Assembly (NCBI GenBank): GCA_026026165.1
Contig: JAPEUD010000076.1
Location: 62,001 to 111,745, forward strand
Reading direction: 5' to 3'
DNA length: 49,745 nucleotides
Origin: Sarea resinae
Lineage: Eukaryota
Shown in pieces: positions 22,794-35,782 of the stretch (position 1 is the first letter of the stretch; every line of letters begins with the position of its first letter). The translations under genes were made by a program, and so were the position numbers. The notes below the pieces were generated by a model. The model was given only the letters and a program-made list of their open reading frames with translations, made no database searches and was not told where the DNA came from.

Positions 22794-24782
22794 TCAGCCA
22801 TCCTTCTCCTCCTTCTCGCTGCCCACCTCCATCTCCTTCAGCAGCCCAACCATCGCCCTCAGCCGCCCCTCGCTCCCCATCAAAGCCCTCCACTCCCAGC
22901 CCTTGCTCGAGACCTTGGTCTTCCTGCGCCCGTCCCCGGCGATCTTCTCGCGGCGCGCCCGGATGCCCGCCTCGAGGGCCCGCTCCAGTGCCGGCGTGGC
23001 GGTGAGTCCCACGTGCATCAGTAGCAGCCTCATTAACGTCTCTAGCACGAGCGAGACCCGGACGTTGTTCGTCAGCGAGGATGAGGTGGCCGCGTGCGGC
23101 AGGTACCATCGCTCCAACTTGGGTTGCGTGAGCTCATCGGTTGGAGTGTCGTGGTCTTGGTCGTGATCGTGGTCGGGGTCGGTGGATGAAGTCGGGGTGC
23201 TATTATTCCTGAGATTCCTCTTCTTCTTCTTATGATTTTCCGTCGTGGTGGTCGTAGGCGTCGTCGTCGTCGTCGTTGGAGGAAGAAGGTCCGGCGAGGT
23301 CGAGGCGCCCGTGAGCACGCGCAGCAGGATCTGCAGGATCGAGGAATACGCCGCGGCGTTGAAGAAGGCGTGTTCGGCGCGCGCGGACGGGGCGGTGATG
23401 AAGAGGTGGAACGTCGTCAGAGGGAGGACGCGCATGTGCTCGACGTAGCGATCGTAGAGAAACTCGAGGTTCGTGAAGGTGTTGGGGAGGCGGGCGGATA
23501 CGGTCGAGAGGAGGAACATGAGGCGATGGCGGAGGAGCAGCGCCGATGCGTCGCCCAGTTCCGAGGAGCCGTTCGGCGTGGGGTCGGAGGCTGGCAGTGG
23601 TGAGGACGTGGAGTCGGCGTCAGACATGTCGTCGTCGGATTCAGGGTTGTTTCTCCTGTTGTTGCTGCCGTCAGAGTCGTCTGAGGCTGCTTTTGAAGAC
23701 GGATGGCGAGAGGGTCTTCGACTGCTGCTTCGCTTTCTTCGTTTCGCTCCTCCTTCGACAGCGGGATCGGAGTCCTCGTCTTCGTCTTGATAGTCGGCGT
23801 AGAAATCTTCCTCGATGTTGACCTTCTCGTGTCGTTTCGTCAAGACGTCTGGCTCCTTTTTGGCGCGCTCCTTGGTCTCATTCCGGAATACTTCCTTGAA
23901 CTCATTGAGCGCTTTGGGACTGCCGTCCGCGAAGATGGCGCGGACGATGCGTCTGTTCCCGCCGTAGCCACTTAGAGACGTAGGCATGTATTTGACGAGC
24001 AGACTCTCCTCGAGCACCTCTTCGGCGCTCTGCTGTGCGTCTTCGTCTTCCAGTAAGATTGATTCGCTCGTTCTCTCTCGTTCCGCCCAATCATCTTCCA
24101 GCACCTCAATCAGGAAGTCGAGCCACAGTTTCCACCGCGCCCAGCGTTTGGGGTACAGTACTGAGCAGTTGAACGCCCACCCGACCGCCTGCCATACGTC
24201 TTCCGCTTGCACCCACAATGAGCCCGTCGTCGCCAGTCCTGTACTCACGGCGTCGAGATCCTCGCCGGCACCGGCTGGGGAAAGGTCCTCATCGCCTCTG
24301 TTGCGCCGCGCGCCTCCTCCGCGACGGTTCCGAGACGGGCTGGAGAAGGCGAAGGCGGTTGCGAAATTGGCATTTAGCGGGCCGAATAGACGGTTGGTCA
24401 AGCGTAGGAGACGAAGGGCTGCGTTTGAGGCTTGGAGGTGGTCGCCTGAGGGAGCGCGTGTGGTGGTGGTGGGATGGACGACGAGGGTGGCAGCGAGGGC
24501 GAGGTGCTGGGGTGGAGGGAGGAAGGCTGGAGCATTCGGGCTGGAAGAGGTGCCTGCGGTGATAAGGCTGATGAGGAGGTTGAGAGCTTGAAGGTCTAGG
24601 GATTGTCAGCATCTTGATGCTCTTTCATTGCTGTCGCACTGTCGCATACATAGTCCCTCTTCGAAGTAGATGACGCAGTGTTCGCGAAGCTCGTAGGGAA
24701 GGTCTTTCACGGAGCGGTACGCTGGGGGACTCTGGCCCTTTTCCGTCCCATCAGAGAGCTGGGAGAGCTGAGAAGAGCTCAT
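22794..24782 (-). CDS. Conserved fungal hypothetical protein (~645 aa; helical blocks with acidic and basic/NLS-like linkers)
   Basis: Exon 1 24782-~24650 (MSSSQLSQLSDG...LPYELREHCVIYFEEGLY), then a GTATGC...CTGAC...TAG intron, then exon 2 ~24595-22794 in frame with the 535-aa ORF (LPPPQHLALAATLVVHPTTTTRA; SLWVQAEDVWQAVGWAFNCSVLYPKRWARWKLWLDFL). Confidence 0.85.
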
Positions 24783-25189
24783 GTTTGCGTGACGATGTCG
24801 TGTTTGGTGTTGTTGATGCTGGCGTTGGGGCCGTTAATCTGCCACTTTACGCGATCTCACGCGCGCGTCACACTCAGTATTGTCGTGGGTGAGATCGGCA
24901 AATAGCCGATAAGGCCAAGCCGAGGTTGATTGATTGATTGACAGATGGCTGACATCAGTCGCGTCAAGCTTGGACCGCCCGTGCTTGCACTGCACTGCGC
25001 TCCACGCCGTCTTCTCCTCATTCCTCCCCTCAACCCCTCACCTCCTCATCCGTCGATGCCAGGAAGAAGTTGAAAGCTCCCGCTCTCAAAAACCATCAAC
25101 ACTACAGGTATCATATCAAAGACATCTCCATCTGCCGACTTCAATGATCAATTGACCACCAACATTGAGCACCACATACAATGGATACA

Positions 25190-27112
25190 ATGGCAGACAC
25201 ACCACCCTACGAGTTCACCCCCGTCGAATCGATCCCTAGCATCGTCAATGAAGTGTGCACCGCCTTCCACGCCCACAAGACCCGTCCCATCGAATACAGA
25301 CTGGTCCAGCTGCGGAGATTCTACTGGGGGTAAACACTCCTTTCCATACACTCTACCACCAATGCGCCCCTGACAGAAACTTTGACAGTATCAAAGACAA
25401 CGAGCAGCAGCTTCTCGATGCGCTCAAGACTGATCTTGGACGACCAGTCTTCGAAGCCGTGACGGCAGAGACGACCTGGTGTCTCAACGACATCATCTTC
25501 ACATGCAACAACCTGGAAAAATGGGCCAAGGATGAGAAAGCGCCTGATATCCCCATTGTCAATTCCGCCGTCCGGCCCATCATCAGAAAAGACCCCCTCG
25601 GTTGCGTGCTAGTTATAGGGCAAGTCCCACTTTCCATATTCACCATCTCTCTCTCTGATACCCGAACAGCGCCTTCAACTTCCCCGTGCAACTGTCCTTC
25701 GGCCCCATGATCGGCGCCATCGCGGCCGGCAACACCGTGGTGCTCAAACCTAGCGAAAATGCCCCAGCAACAGCAGCCGTGCTGCAGTCGATTGTAACAT
25801 CCTCCCTAGACCCGTCGTGCTACAAGGTGATCCAAGGCTCGATCCCGGAAACCGAAGCGCTGCTCGCCGAGAAATGGGACAAAATCTTCTATACGGGCTC
25901 GGCGCCGATCGGCAGACTGATCGCACAAAAGGCCGCATCGACGCTGACGCCATACGTGCTCGAGCTCGGCGGACGCAACCCGACCATCGTGACCAAGAAC
26001 GCCGACGCGCGCGTCGCCGCCCGCCGACTGCTCTGGGGCAAGACCATGAACGCCGGCCAGGTGTGTCTGGCGCCCAACTACGCGCTCGTCGAGCGGGCCA
26101 TCCTGCCCGCCCTCGTCAACGAGCTCAAACGCGCCCTCAACGACTTCTTCCCCGATGGTGCCGCCCAGTCGCGCGACTTCGGCCGCATCGTCAACGACAA
26201 GCATTTCGGCCGCATCAAATCCCTGCTCGACGCCAGCTCGGGCACAATCCTCCTCGGCGGCACCATGGACGCGCGCACGCGCTTCATCGAACCGACCGTG
26301 GTGCAAGTCGATTCGCTCTCGGACGCGCTCCTGGCCTCGGAGACATTCGGCCCGATCCTGCCGCTCTACGCCGTCGACTCGCTGGCCTCGGCCATCGACA
26401 TCGTCAACACGCGCCTGGACAGCACGCCGCTGGCCATCTACGCGTTTGGCAACGCCTCCGAGACGGCCGCCGTCCTCGCGCAGACGCGCTCCGGCGGCGC
26501 CTCGATCAACGACACCATCCACCACGGCGCGCTGCCGACGCTGTCGTTTGGCGGGGTTGGCTCCTCGGGCCAGGGCGCCTATCGTGGCCGCGCCAGCTTC
26601 GACGCATTTGTCCATCGCCGCAGCATCGTGCGCGTGCCAGGCTTCCTCGAGGCCGTGCTCGCCGTGCGATATCCGCCGTTCAGCGATTCGCTACTGGCGC
26701 ACTTCCGCCGGTTTGCGGTCGAGAGACCTTCGTTCGATCGGGCCGGACGAGTAACGGGATGGGCGAGGCTGGTGCAGAATGTAGGGGGCGCAGGCGTGGT
26801 GCGCAAGGGTGTATTGGCTGTTGTCTTGGGTGAGTTGTTTATCCCCCTCTTTTCTTTCCTCTTGCGGGTTCCATACATAGACACCTATTCCGTCCCCACG
26901 CACATCTTCAATTCAACCAAACCCAAACAAAGATTCAAATCGACTCAACTCGACTAACCGACTGCCACCAAACTCCTCTAGCTTTCCTCTTCCACCAATA
27001 CCTCCGATCCCGCGTCCCCAATACCAGTCTTCTCAACACCAACGCCAGCAATTCATCGTCTAGTGGGATCCTAGCCTGGCTCCTGTCTCCCCAACTTCGC
27101 TCTCGCTCTTGA
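25190..27112 (+). CDS. Family-3 (fatty/long-chain) aldehyde dehydrogenase, HFD1/CarD-like, with C-terminal membrane anchor
   Basis: Exons ~25190-25329, ~25389-25619, 25670-26829, ~26981-27112. Motifs: DPLGCVLVIGAFNFP, GNTVVLKPSE, IFYTGS, LELGG (catalytic Glu), NAGQVC (catalytic Cys), ETFGP, FGGVGSSGQGAYRG, RYPP. There is an in-frame upstream ATG at 25181. Confidence 0.93.
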
Positions 27113-27554
27113 TCTTGATCTCTTTCGCGTCTTCGTACTTGGTGATTAAAAACCTCGGAAGGTACGAGGAAGAGGAAAGACGAAAAGGAAGGAAAAAGAG
27201 GAAAGAGGAAAAGCAAATGGTAAAGGGACAGAAGAAATTGGACCCTGACCATGACCCCGGGCCAGCCAGCCAGCCAGCCAGCTGTATACCTACCCTCTAT
27301 ACTGATTTTGAATGATACCCTTAGCTAAAAACCCACCCGTTGTGTTTAATCTATCCCAGCTTTTTCTTTTCATTTATTCTCAAGTTCCCCCTTCCTTTCC
27401 TATCTCCTCCTCGTTCGTCTTCCTTCCCCCCTACCTCTCCTAATGTATATTCATATCTTCCCATCTCTCTTCCACTCTTTATTACCATTAGCCTCCCTTG
27501 CGGGTCCCAGAGGACAGGGTGATATATATGTATATGTACAAGCACAGGCACAGG

Positions 27555-28010
27555 TTTAGTTTCAGGTTCAGGTTCAGGCTCAGGCTCAAGTTCAGGTTCA
27601 GGTTCAAGTACAGTGTCCGATTCAGGTTTCCGGTTCTCAGAGAGAGCAGGCGCTACTATTACTCTTCCTCTTCTTCCTCTTCTTCCTCTTCTTCCTCTCC
27701 CTACTGAGAGCAGCAAGTCAGGTTAGGCTTGGTAGGTCCGGCAGGGGGTGATGACAGTAGAGAGATTGACCAGGGGGCAGGGATGACATTGGGAAGGGTG
27801 ACAGCAGGGAGGGCGCCCGTCAGGCGGTGGACATGACAGGGGAGAGAGATGACAGGCGATAACAGACAAGCGAAAAGGGGCCGAAAAATGGCGAATATTT
27901 TCTTCTCTTCTCTTCTCTTCTCTTCTTTTGTTGATATGTTTGGTGTCTACCCACGACTATATGTATATGACTATATGTATATGACCAGATGTATGTGACC
28001 AGATGTATGT
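27555..28010. repeat. Simple repeats: (TTCAGG)n, (CTCTTCTTC)n, (TCTTC)n and a 14-mer (GACYAKATGTATRT)x4
   Basis: Visible at ~27560-27607, ~27662-27697, ~27900-27926 and ~27954-28010. Confidence 0.85.
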
Positions 28011-29032
28011 GTTTCTATCTCTTTGCATGTTCTGTTCTGGATTCGGTATATATAGCCTGGCTGAGCAGTGTGTGTTTTAAAACTTCCAACTCAAACTCTT
28101 TTCTATCTACCTGAAACAATTCCTCAAAGTGTACGAAGTGTTTTTTCTTGACTACAAATATTGACGTCGACATTGGCGTCGACATACGCAGTCAGTATAA
28201 TCCCGTCCAGTAGTCAGTCAGTCAGTCATAGGCTTTTGAGAAAGATCGACAGAATCGGACGTTTCTTCTTTCTCTTTCTTCCCGTCTCTGCTCTCCTCCT
28301 TTCCTTTCAGTCTACAAGACTCTTCCATGGGTTCACGTATGAGATACAAATGACCTACATATATACATCGACACACACACTATCTACGCTCACTCACGCA
28401 TTCACACATTGAAAAGTCACTCACTTACACATCAAAGTCACTCACAAGAGAATCAAGTAGATAAAAAGAGACTAGATGAGAGAACCCACAAGGCGCCGGC
28501 CACCGTCACCACCATCAAGCAACGCAACGCAACGCAACGCAAGGTGACGCAGTAGGCGCGCGCGGCAAATGCACAAAAGAGAATACGGGACTCGAGTCGG
28601 CCTTTCTTCCCATTAAAGTGATCAGTGACGGTGAGCTGAGCGCCGTAGGCTACCGAGGCATTGAAGCGAACACGTCGGAGACTTCCGGATCCGGATCTCC
28701 AATCGCCTCATATCACCGCTGGAGAGCCAGCCTGCAAACCCAACCGCACACAGGAAAAAAAGAATAGGGACTGACTTCAGCGCCAGACCACAAGAGTCGG
28801 GGGGGGGCCCAATTTTTTGGCCCATCCCTTACCCACGCCACCCACGTACACACCCCTCCATCGGGAAAACACCGTGAATGATATGGACAAGAAGAGAGCA
28901 ACACTTCTTTTGTACTTTGATTTCTTGCCCTTATTTTCCCCTTTGATGACTGATTGATTGAGATCCAGTGGAAGATGGACCACGACGATGATGCCTGCCT
29001 GCCGTTACATAGTAGAGAAAAAAAACTAACAT

Positions 29033-31512
29033 TCATGAATGATCATATCCGGCACCCCTCTGCCAAGGACTCGAATTGTTCTGTGACCTGTAGCCCGTAA
29101 CATTCGACCTGACAGACGGCGGTCCGCTGTACAAATCCTGTCCCCTTGGAGCAGGCGAAGCGGCGCCCGGATTGCGGTTGACGAGCGGCACATCGCTAGT
29201 TCCCGTAACGCCGGAGCCGTTGAAGCCCGAATACAGGTCTCGCGGCGGGGCATCCGAGTAGCTTGGAGGCCCGTGTCGTGCGGGGCCGTTGCTGGGGAAG
29301 AGCGGTAATGAAGCATCGATGGGCGATAGAGGAGCTTCCCGATGCGAGGGTGCGTATTGTGAGGTTGCTTCCGATGATGGCAATGGCACGGCCGTCGCTT
29401 CGGTTTGCTTGTTTATCGAGCTGGACGAGAATGAGTCTTCGTCCTCGTCCAAGTCTCGGCGCTTGTAGCTTCCGTCTCCCCTGGCGGTGGCGCCTAATGC
29501 GTCGAGCTCTGTCGTCATTTGTCCTTGGGACTTGATAAATGATCCTCTATCGTCCCGCATTGGTTGGTAGCGAGTGTCGGGATTCTTCGATAACAGCGCG
29601 TATATGGATGAAATCAACACCATAAGCAAAAGGACGAGAGCGAAGACGGCATTCATAACGAAGAAGATGACACCCATAACACCCGTGACAATGCCCTAAG
29701 ACACGTTAGCCCTTCTCCGGCTTGACCGGGATGTCAAACTCACAGGTTGATTGAAAATGGCCGTGAAAACCAGCAAGAATACAGAATTCAAGAAATTGAT
29801 GGCGGCGATCGATATATTGAAAGCGTTCGTCTTCTTGTCCATATATGGTCGATAGATGCACACTCCGATGAGGAAAACGCCTTCGATCACAAGGAAGCCA
29901 ATGGCCTGGACGGTGCCGCTTCCCTGTCCGAAGGCCAGGAACATTCCTTTGATCAAGACATAGACAAGAAGCGGAATGATGAAGTAATAAGCTGTCGCTC
30001 GGAACTGGACATAGAGAAAACCCCACTTGTTCAGCGCCGCAGGATCGGAATATAGTATGTACGCGGGATTCTTGTGCATGACGGTCGACCGTTTGGCGAT
30101 TCGAATCACTTTGAAGGATGCCCACAGGAGCGCGAGACTCATGACAGCAAAGAAGAAGATTGCCAGTACGACCTCGGCGGCCGAGTCGACTTGAGTGAAT
30201 TCCCAAAGACAAAGCACGACAATCTGAGGATACCCGATGAGGACCTGTCGAAGTCAGCGAAAAGGTCGATCCGACCCAAGGTCATCAATGCTCACCATGC
30301 GGAAAAGGATGCCCTTGAGCACAGTTAACCAGCCGTTTCGGAAATCCTGAAACTTGGTTCCCTTCATCCAGCCAGCCTTGGAAGCCATCTCGCACATGCC
30401 CTTGAACGCGGTGACGGCGATGATCAGGAAAACGACAAAGATGACGAAGAACGCCAGACCGGTAAAGAAGATATTGGTCCTTTCTATCTTAGCGCGGAAG
30501 CCGACTCTTTTAATTCCCCGCACCACCGTCACCGCCACGGACTTTTTCGTACTGCCATTACTCCGTGAATAGAGATCGGATCCCCGACTCCAGAGCTTGT
30601 TCACCGTCTCTAACGAACGCTTCTGAATTTCCACGGATGTTGTCGAAAGAGTGTCGAGCAAGTTCGAGGGAGTGCCACCGGTGGATCGCTGATACCACGT
30701 CGCAATATTCTGCAAAAAGCCAACCCGAACAATTCCCATACTCCATTGGAAGTTTTGCGTCCAGGATTGGACGATGGGTGGCAAGGTAACAGCAGTCATG
30801 CCAATAAAAGCTTGTGCTTGGAAGTATCCGAACAGCGATATAGCATTGGCGGCGACGTGAGCAGCTGTGTTAGAATGCCCTAGCCCCGATGTAACTGCAG
30901 ATACGATGAGCGCAATGCCGGCTATCACCGCCGTGGTCCAACCAACGGCCTTTTGATCGACCGTTTTCCCATTCGACAGCTGGGCTTCGACGCAAGCTAC
31001 GCTTTCTCCGGTATCTGTGTCGTTGATGTATACTCTGACGAGTCCATCAAGGTCCGGTACGCCATATGCGATGCCTACGAGAAGGGTCAGTTTCCATCCA
31101 TCTAACGACAGCGATCCAAGAACCTACCTGGAATCTGGTCGACATCACTCTTTGGGATGTTGTTGATGTTGGATTCAATGTTGATCTGACCTGTGCTCAT
31201 CGGACACATGCCATCCAAGCCGGCTGTGCAGGGATCCAACGTCGTCTTGACCGCAGTATATCCATAGGCGATGACCTCCAGATCCGCAATGACCTTGCCC
31301 TGGATCGAAGAGACACCGACAATGTCAAAGTATATCGAGTAGTTGTTGGGTGTGAAGATGACATTGAATAGCGACGCGGTAAAACTCGAATTCGCCTGAC
31401 ATGGGTTCAACGATTTCGACTGTAGGAGCCGGATGGCGGAGGAGAACGGTAAAAAGGCGAGGAGCGATGCGATGATCAAAGTCAAGGGTGAAAGTCCCGA
31501 GGAGAGACGCAT
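29033..31512 (-). CDS. FLC family (flavin carrier / fungal TRP-like Ca2+ channel, Flc2/Pkd2-like)
   Basis: Four exons: signal peptide and ML-like N-terminal domain (KSLNPCQANSSFTASLFNVIFTPNN...LDPC...GMCPM), then the TRP domain (GHSNTAAHVAANAISLFGYFQAQA, PPIVQSWTQNFQWSMGI, LNKWGFLYVQFRATAYYF, RPYMDKKTN, SKNPDTRYQPMRDDRGSFIKS), ending WQRGAGYDHS. Confidence 0.93.
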
Positions 31513-34305
31513 CTTGCGTGCGCAAAGACCGGCAGCGGTCGCAAGATGGTTTGGAAGCCAGGTACTCTGGCGTACCCAGCCGGATCAGGTCGGATCGGAT
31601 TTCGCACCCAGCGCACGTCTTCACTGAGGCCCTCGTCTGACCATGTGAGGAAGTTGTTCTTCGGGCGAGGGTTGAAAGGATAGGCGCAGATGGCGAAGTT
31701 GTAGACGGGAATACAACAGAGGGAAGGAGTAGAATGAATGAATGAATGAATGAGAAGGGTCGCTTGGACAACCCGGTTGGTGGTAGGTAGTAGTCGTAAT
31801 GGATGGTGGGTGGTCAGGAACAAGATCTGGAAAGTGACCGACGAACCGACCGACTCCTGACGGTTAGCGAGTGAGGTGAGTACGCTGTACTGAAGTCGGT
31901 AGTGAAGACAATACGAGCGCGAGCGAGTGGTACAGCGGCTACACGAAGAGCCGCAAAGCGACAGTTGGCGACGAAGAAGAGGAGGCAGAAGAGGATGACG
32001 AAGCAGAAGGCGAAGGAGATCAAAGATGAAAGAACGAAAGAAGAACGAAAGAATGAATGCAATCAAAGACAACCAGGAATTGATTAGATAGAGCGAGGGG
32101 ATGAGGTCGAGTCGAGTAGAAGATAAGAGTGAAGTCGAGGAGGGAATGAGAGGAATGGGAAGTCTCTAGGTCGGTTGAGAGAGAGACAGAGGGAGGGAGA
32201 TGGTTGGATGGTTGGTCGTGCGTAACTGAAAGAGCCCAAGAGAGAAAGGGAAGAGAAGAGACGAGCTTACGACACAGCAATGCAAAGTACCGCCAAGTAT
32301 GGAAAGTATCCCTCGTCGTAGGCTTAGCGCAGGGACGGGCACGGCCAGGTGCAGAGGCGACCGGAGCCAGCAGTCTCCATGCTCAGAGTACGGAGTGGTA
32401 CTCTAAGGTACAGCAAGCGATGATGATGATGCTGCTGCTGCTGCTGCCGCCGCTGCTGGTGCTGAACGAGAAGCCCCGGCCGTCAAAGAATGGCTCAGAT
32501 GGCACCCGTGGACACTGCTAAAAGACCAACAAGGGATAATGGCTGGATGGGTTCATCCCCAAAACCCTCGAACCGCCCGAGACTTCATCTCCAGAGTACG
32601 AGCCTTCCAAGTACCTGACATGGGGTACACCATTGTAGACCTAGAGGTACCTCATCACCACCTACCTCGTCGACTGCAGTGGCCTCCATGCCCAGCTCGA
32701 CTCGAGAGTACCTATCCGCTGGTACTCTACCCGAACCCCCAGGTACCTCCCAGGTAGGTCCCTAATCCGCGCACGATCACACTCTACGGTCCCTTAGGGT
32801 GACTGGACTGCGATAGTACTCCGTGAGGTACCTTAGTCCCGCAACGAATGACCACCCGCGCCCAGATCTGCACGCTACCTTGGAGTATTATTTGACCTCG
32901 TGGAATTGTGGACTGCGGACTCCCTAATCGCGACGGCTTCGCACCTCGCAATTATGAAATGTGGAGGAGAAAGTGGAGAGCTGGATGAGGTGCTTGAGCC
33001 AACCTCTCCCCCCCCTCCGCCTGCGGACGGTGACAGTATTACTATGAGTAGACAGTGACCGTGGACGAGCCGGCCTTTGCACTGCCCCCCTTGCTGACGC
33101 GTATACGTACTCTGAAAGAGAGACAGAGCGAAAGAACTGCAGGTGCCGCCGGTGCAGTCCAGTCTAGTGTTGCTTCGTCTCGTGTCAAAGGGGAGTGATC
33201 AAATGAAGAAAAATTGGATCAAGGTCACTCTTGATGACGATGGAACTTCATCTGAGAACGACGGCCAATTCATCAGCCTTTTCAGAGGCTCCCTCGCAAC
33301 TGGCATTGATCACAGCAAGCCTGTAGTGTGTCTATGCCCTACATGGCAGGCCTCACGAATTCTTCCTTCTCAATACGCGGAGAGGGATACTTTTTTCTGG
33401 AGTACAGCAACGTACTCCGTAGTACCATACCTCGTACTTGCCCAAGCGCGTTTTGAAACCTTAGTGCCGTCAATCCATCTCGATGCATGGCCTGGTCGCC
33501 CACAACGGAATCACAATGGAATGGGCCTGAGAGCGAATGACGGACACGAGCTGAAAACGCTCGCCTCTCTCACTCTTTTCGTACCCGGCTCTGAGAATAG
33601 AAACCCCCCCTGCGCAATGGTGACATTGCCCTAACCAAGATTGCTCTAGAGCACTCGCTCTGCCTTAAGCTAAGACACGGACTACGGAGTACTCTACACT
33701 TCCAAGAGCCGTGGCTATCCAAATTCTCAACTCTACGGAGTACTTCTCTGTCCCCATCGACTACAGTAGAGTACTGGCTTTGGATTATGGCTTCCTTCTC
33801 TTGTCCTGATAGGAATGTTTTTCCCTTCTCGAAGAAAGCGTATCCCTGCGATGATCGTTTCTGAGCTTTGATCATTGCCGTCATCGTGAGTTGAGATAAG
33901 AATCTTCATTATATCTTGCTATAATATTACTAGCGCGTCACTCCTGAGGCTGAAAGAAAAGACATTCGTATCTCATGCGAATAGCCTGCCAGAACAAATT
34001 AGCAGTTGAGAGCTCCATGACTGAAGAACTCAGAGATTCGAACAATATTTCCGGCCAGTTTTTTGAAGCTACTTTAGCGATGTTTTTGAGGCCACCCTTT
34101 GTTTATCTTCGAGACTGATCAGCTTCTCATGACATGAGGGTGCAAGACGGCTTTGAAGCTAAATATGCAATTGGAAAGCGCAAGGAGGGCATTGTCATGC
34201 TGCTCGTGGCGTCGTGGCCGTGGCAAGGTGGTCAAATTAGTGGACAGATTCAATTCAGAAGTCAAGAGTAGACCAACCGGCAAGACGTAGAAACTCCTTT
34301 CCATC

Positions 34306-35022
34306 CTAGAGGCTTGGAAGCAGCTCGCAACGGATCCTTTCCTCTTCATCCGCTTCAGACCAATTGTGATGCAGAGCATCATTCGCCAGTCGGTCGGCTT
34401 GTTCGTTGCGTGCCCTGGGGACATGCCAGAAATTCACTTCGACATCGAGCTGGTTCAAATCCATGATCTGTCGATCAAGTTGACGGAACAATGAGGCATT
34501 GACCACGGGTCTCCCATTAGAAGACCAGTAGCCATTCGTCTCCCAATGGAAAATCCATTCGGTCATGGCCCTCACCAAGTATTGCGAGTCTGATCTAATC
34601 ACGACCTTGCGCAAGCGGCCACCATCAACACCATAGCTGTGACCGACTCTTGTCTTGATGACCAGCGCTTGACGAAGCGCGTGGATCCCGGTAGTCAACT
34701 CGGCCTTTTGGTTGGTAGGTTGTGTTGTGTTCATGACAAAACTGGTATTGAATTCAGATCGCATGCCGAAAAAGACCGCCGCAGCTGCTCTAGCATTTGG
34801 ATAGCCGATGTTTCGACAGGCGTCGTCAATAGCAATGACGATACAGTCCACATGAGCCGCCAACCGACCATAATACCTGCACGGGTATCCGCAGGCCAGA
34901 TAGGTCCAGCATCCATCACTGAGAGTTTCCTCACCGATCGCTGGGTTATACGACTCTTGCGGCTTGAACTTGCGATCCAGAGCCCATTCTAGCGCGGGAG
35001 CTAAGTGACACCCAAATTCCAT
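34306..35022 (-). CDS. Stand-alone ribonuclease HI-like protein
   Basis: IVIAIDDACRNIG, TNQKAEL, VIRSDSQYLV..MTEW..HW..NGY, VVNASLF, FWHVPRARNEQADRLA supply the D-E-D-D catalytic set. First ATG at 35022; the open frame extends to 35091. Confidence 0.88.
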   Translation of the reverse strand: MEFGCHLAPALEWALDRKFKPQESYNPAIGEETLSDGCWTYLACGYPCRYYGRLAAHVDCIVIAIDDACRNIGYPNARAAAAVFFGMRSEFNTSFVMNTTQPTNQKAELTTGIHALRQALVIKTRVGHSYGVDGGRLRKVVIRSDSQYLVRAMTEWIFHWETNGYWSSNGRPVVNASLFRQLDRQIMDLNQLDVEVNFWHVPRARNEQADRLANDALHHNWSEADEEERIRCELLPSL

Positions 35023-35782
35023 TTTGCCGCAGAACAGCGAAGTGGCTAAAGTGCGACTTTCCTGTGGTTCAATGATTGCTTTGAGCGTCAAATGTCGAGA
35101 CTGGGCTGTAGATCCGGAATGCTGGCTGCTCTAAAGCCAAATCGAAAGCAAGAATGCTTGTCTGCAGCATCGACAGAATTATTGGCTGCTACCGATCATC
35201 AGCTTGCCAATAGCTTGTTAGGTGTGTAAAGTGTACCTAGTCTGCAGTGGACGAGAGAATGAGATTTGGCCAACCTGATATCGGACTCGAGCTGGGTGTG
35301 GCTCTTGATCTTTGCGACGTCTAGTGGAAGGAACAAGGTAAGCCCTACCTAGGTAGGTAGTAACTGCTTTGAACAACAGTGTGTTCATCAACTACAAGTT
35401 ATCTTGCGTCATCTCTCCGTCAAACCACACTTTTGGACGTTCCAATTAAATTAGACATGAAGTTTCTGTACCTTTGAAGGGCAGTGAAGAAAGGGCATAT
35501 ATTACAATGTCTGAGTCGGCCTTAGGCTTAGTATCACCAGTACAGAAAAAACAAGCCTTTGAAAATGTGCAGCCACGGAGCATCACTATCTATCCGTACC
35601 CAACCTCAACAGACCAGCAAAGATGGTGTTCTAAGAAACGAAACCAAACGTGTATCGCTTCAACATGGGTACAGAGCACTAAGGAAAGCGATGGAAAACA
35701 TGGGTATTGAAAGCAATGCTGTACAACTAATTCGGGAGTTGAGGAGGGTCTGGACACTGCAGATAGGCCTCTGACACGATAG

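Noticed and set aside
25806..26833. Long alternative-frame and antisense ORFs (269, 338, 199 aa) over the ALDH
   Set aside because: Explained by extreme GC3 codon bias suppressing stop codons; the products are Arg/Ala/Ser-rich and carry no motifs.
27560..27607. (TTCAGG)n as an interstitial telomere
   Set aside because: The unit differs from the TTAGGG telomere repeat, is short and degenerate, and sits among many other simple repeats.
27351..27716. ORFs with (EP)n, (RF)n and poly-Ser
   Set aside because: They are translations of (TTCAGG)n and (CTCTTC)n microsatellites.
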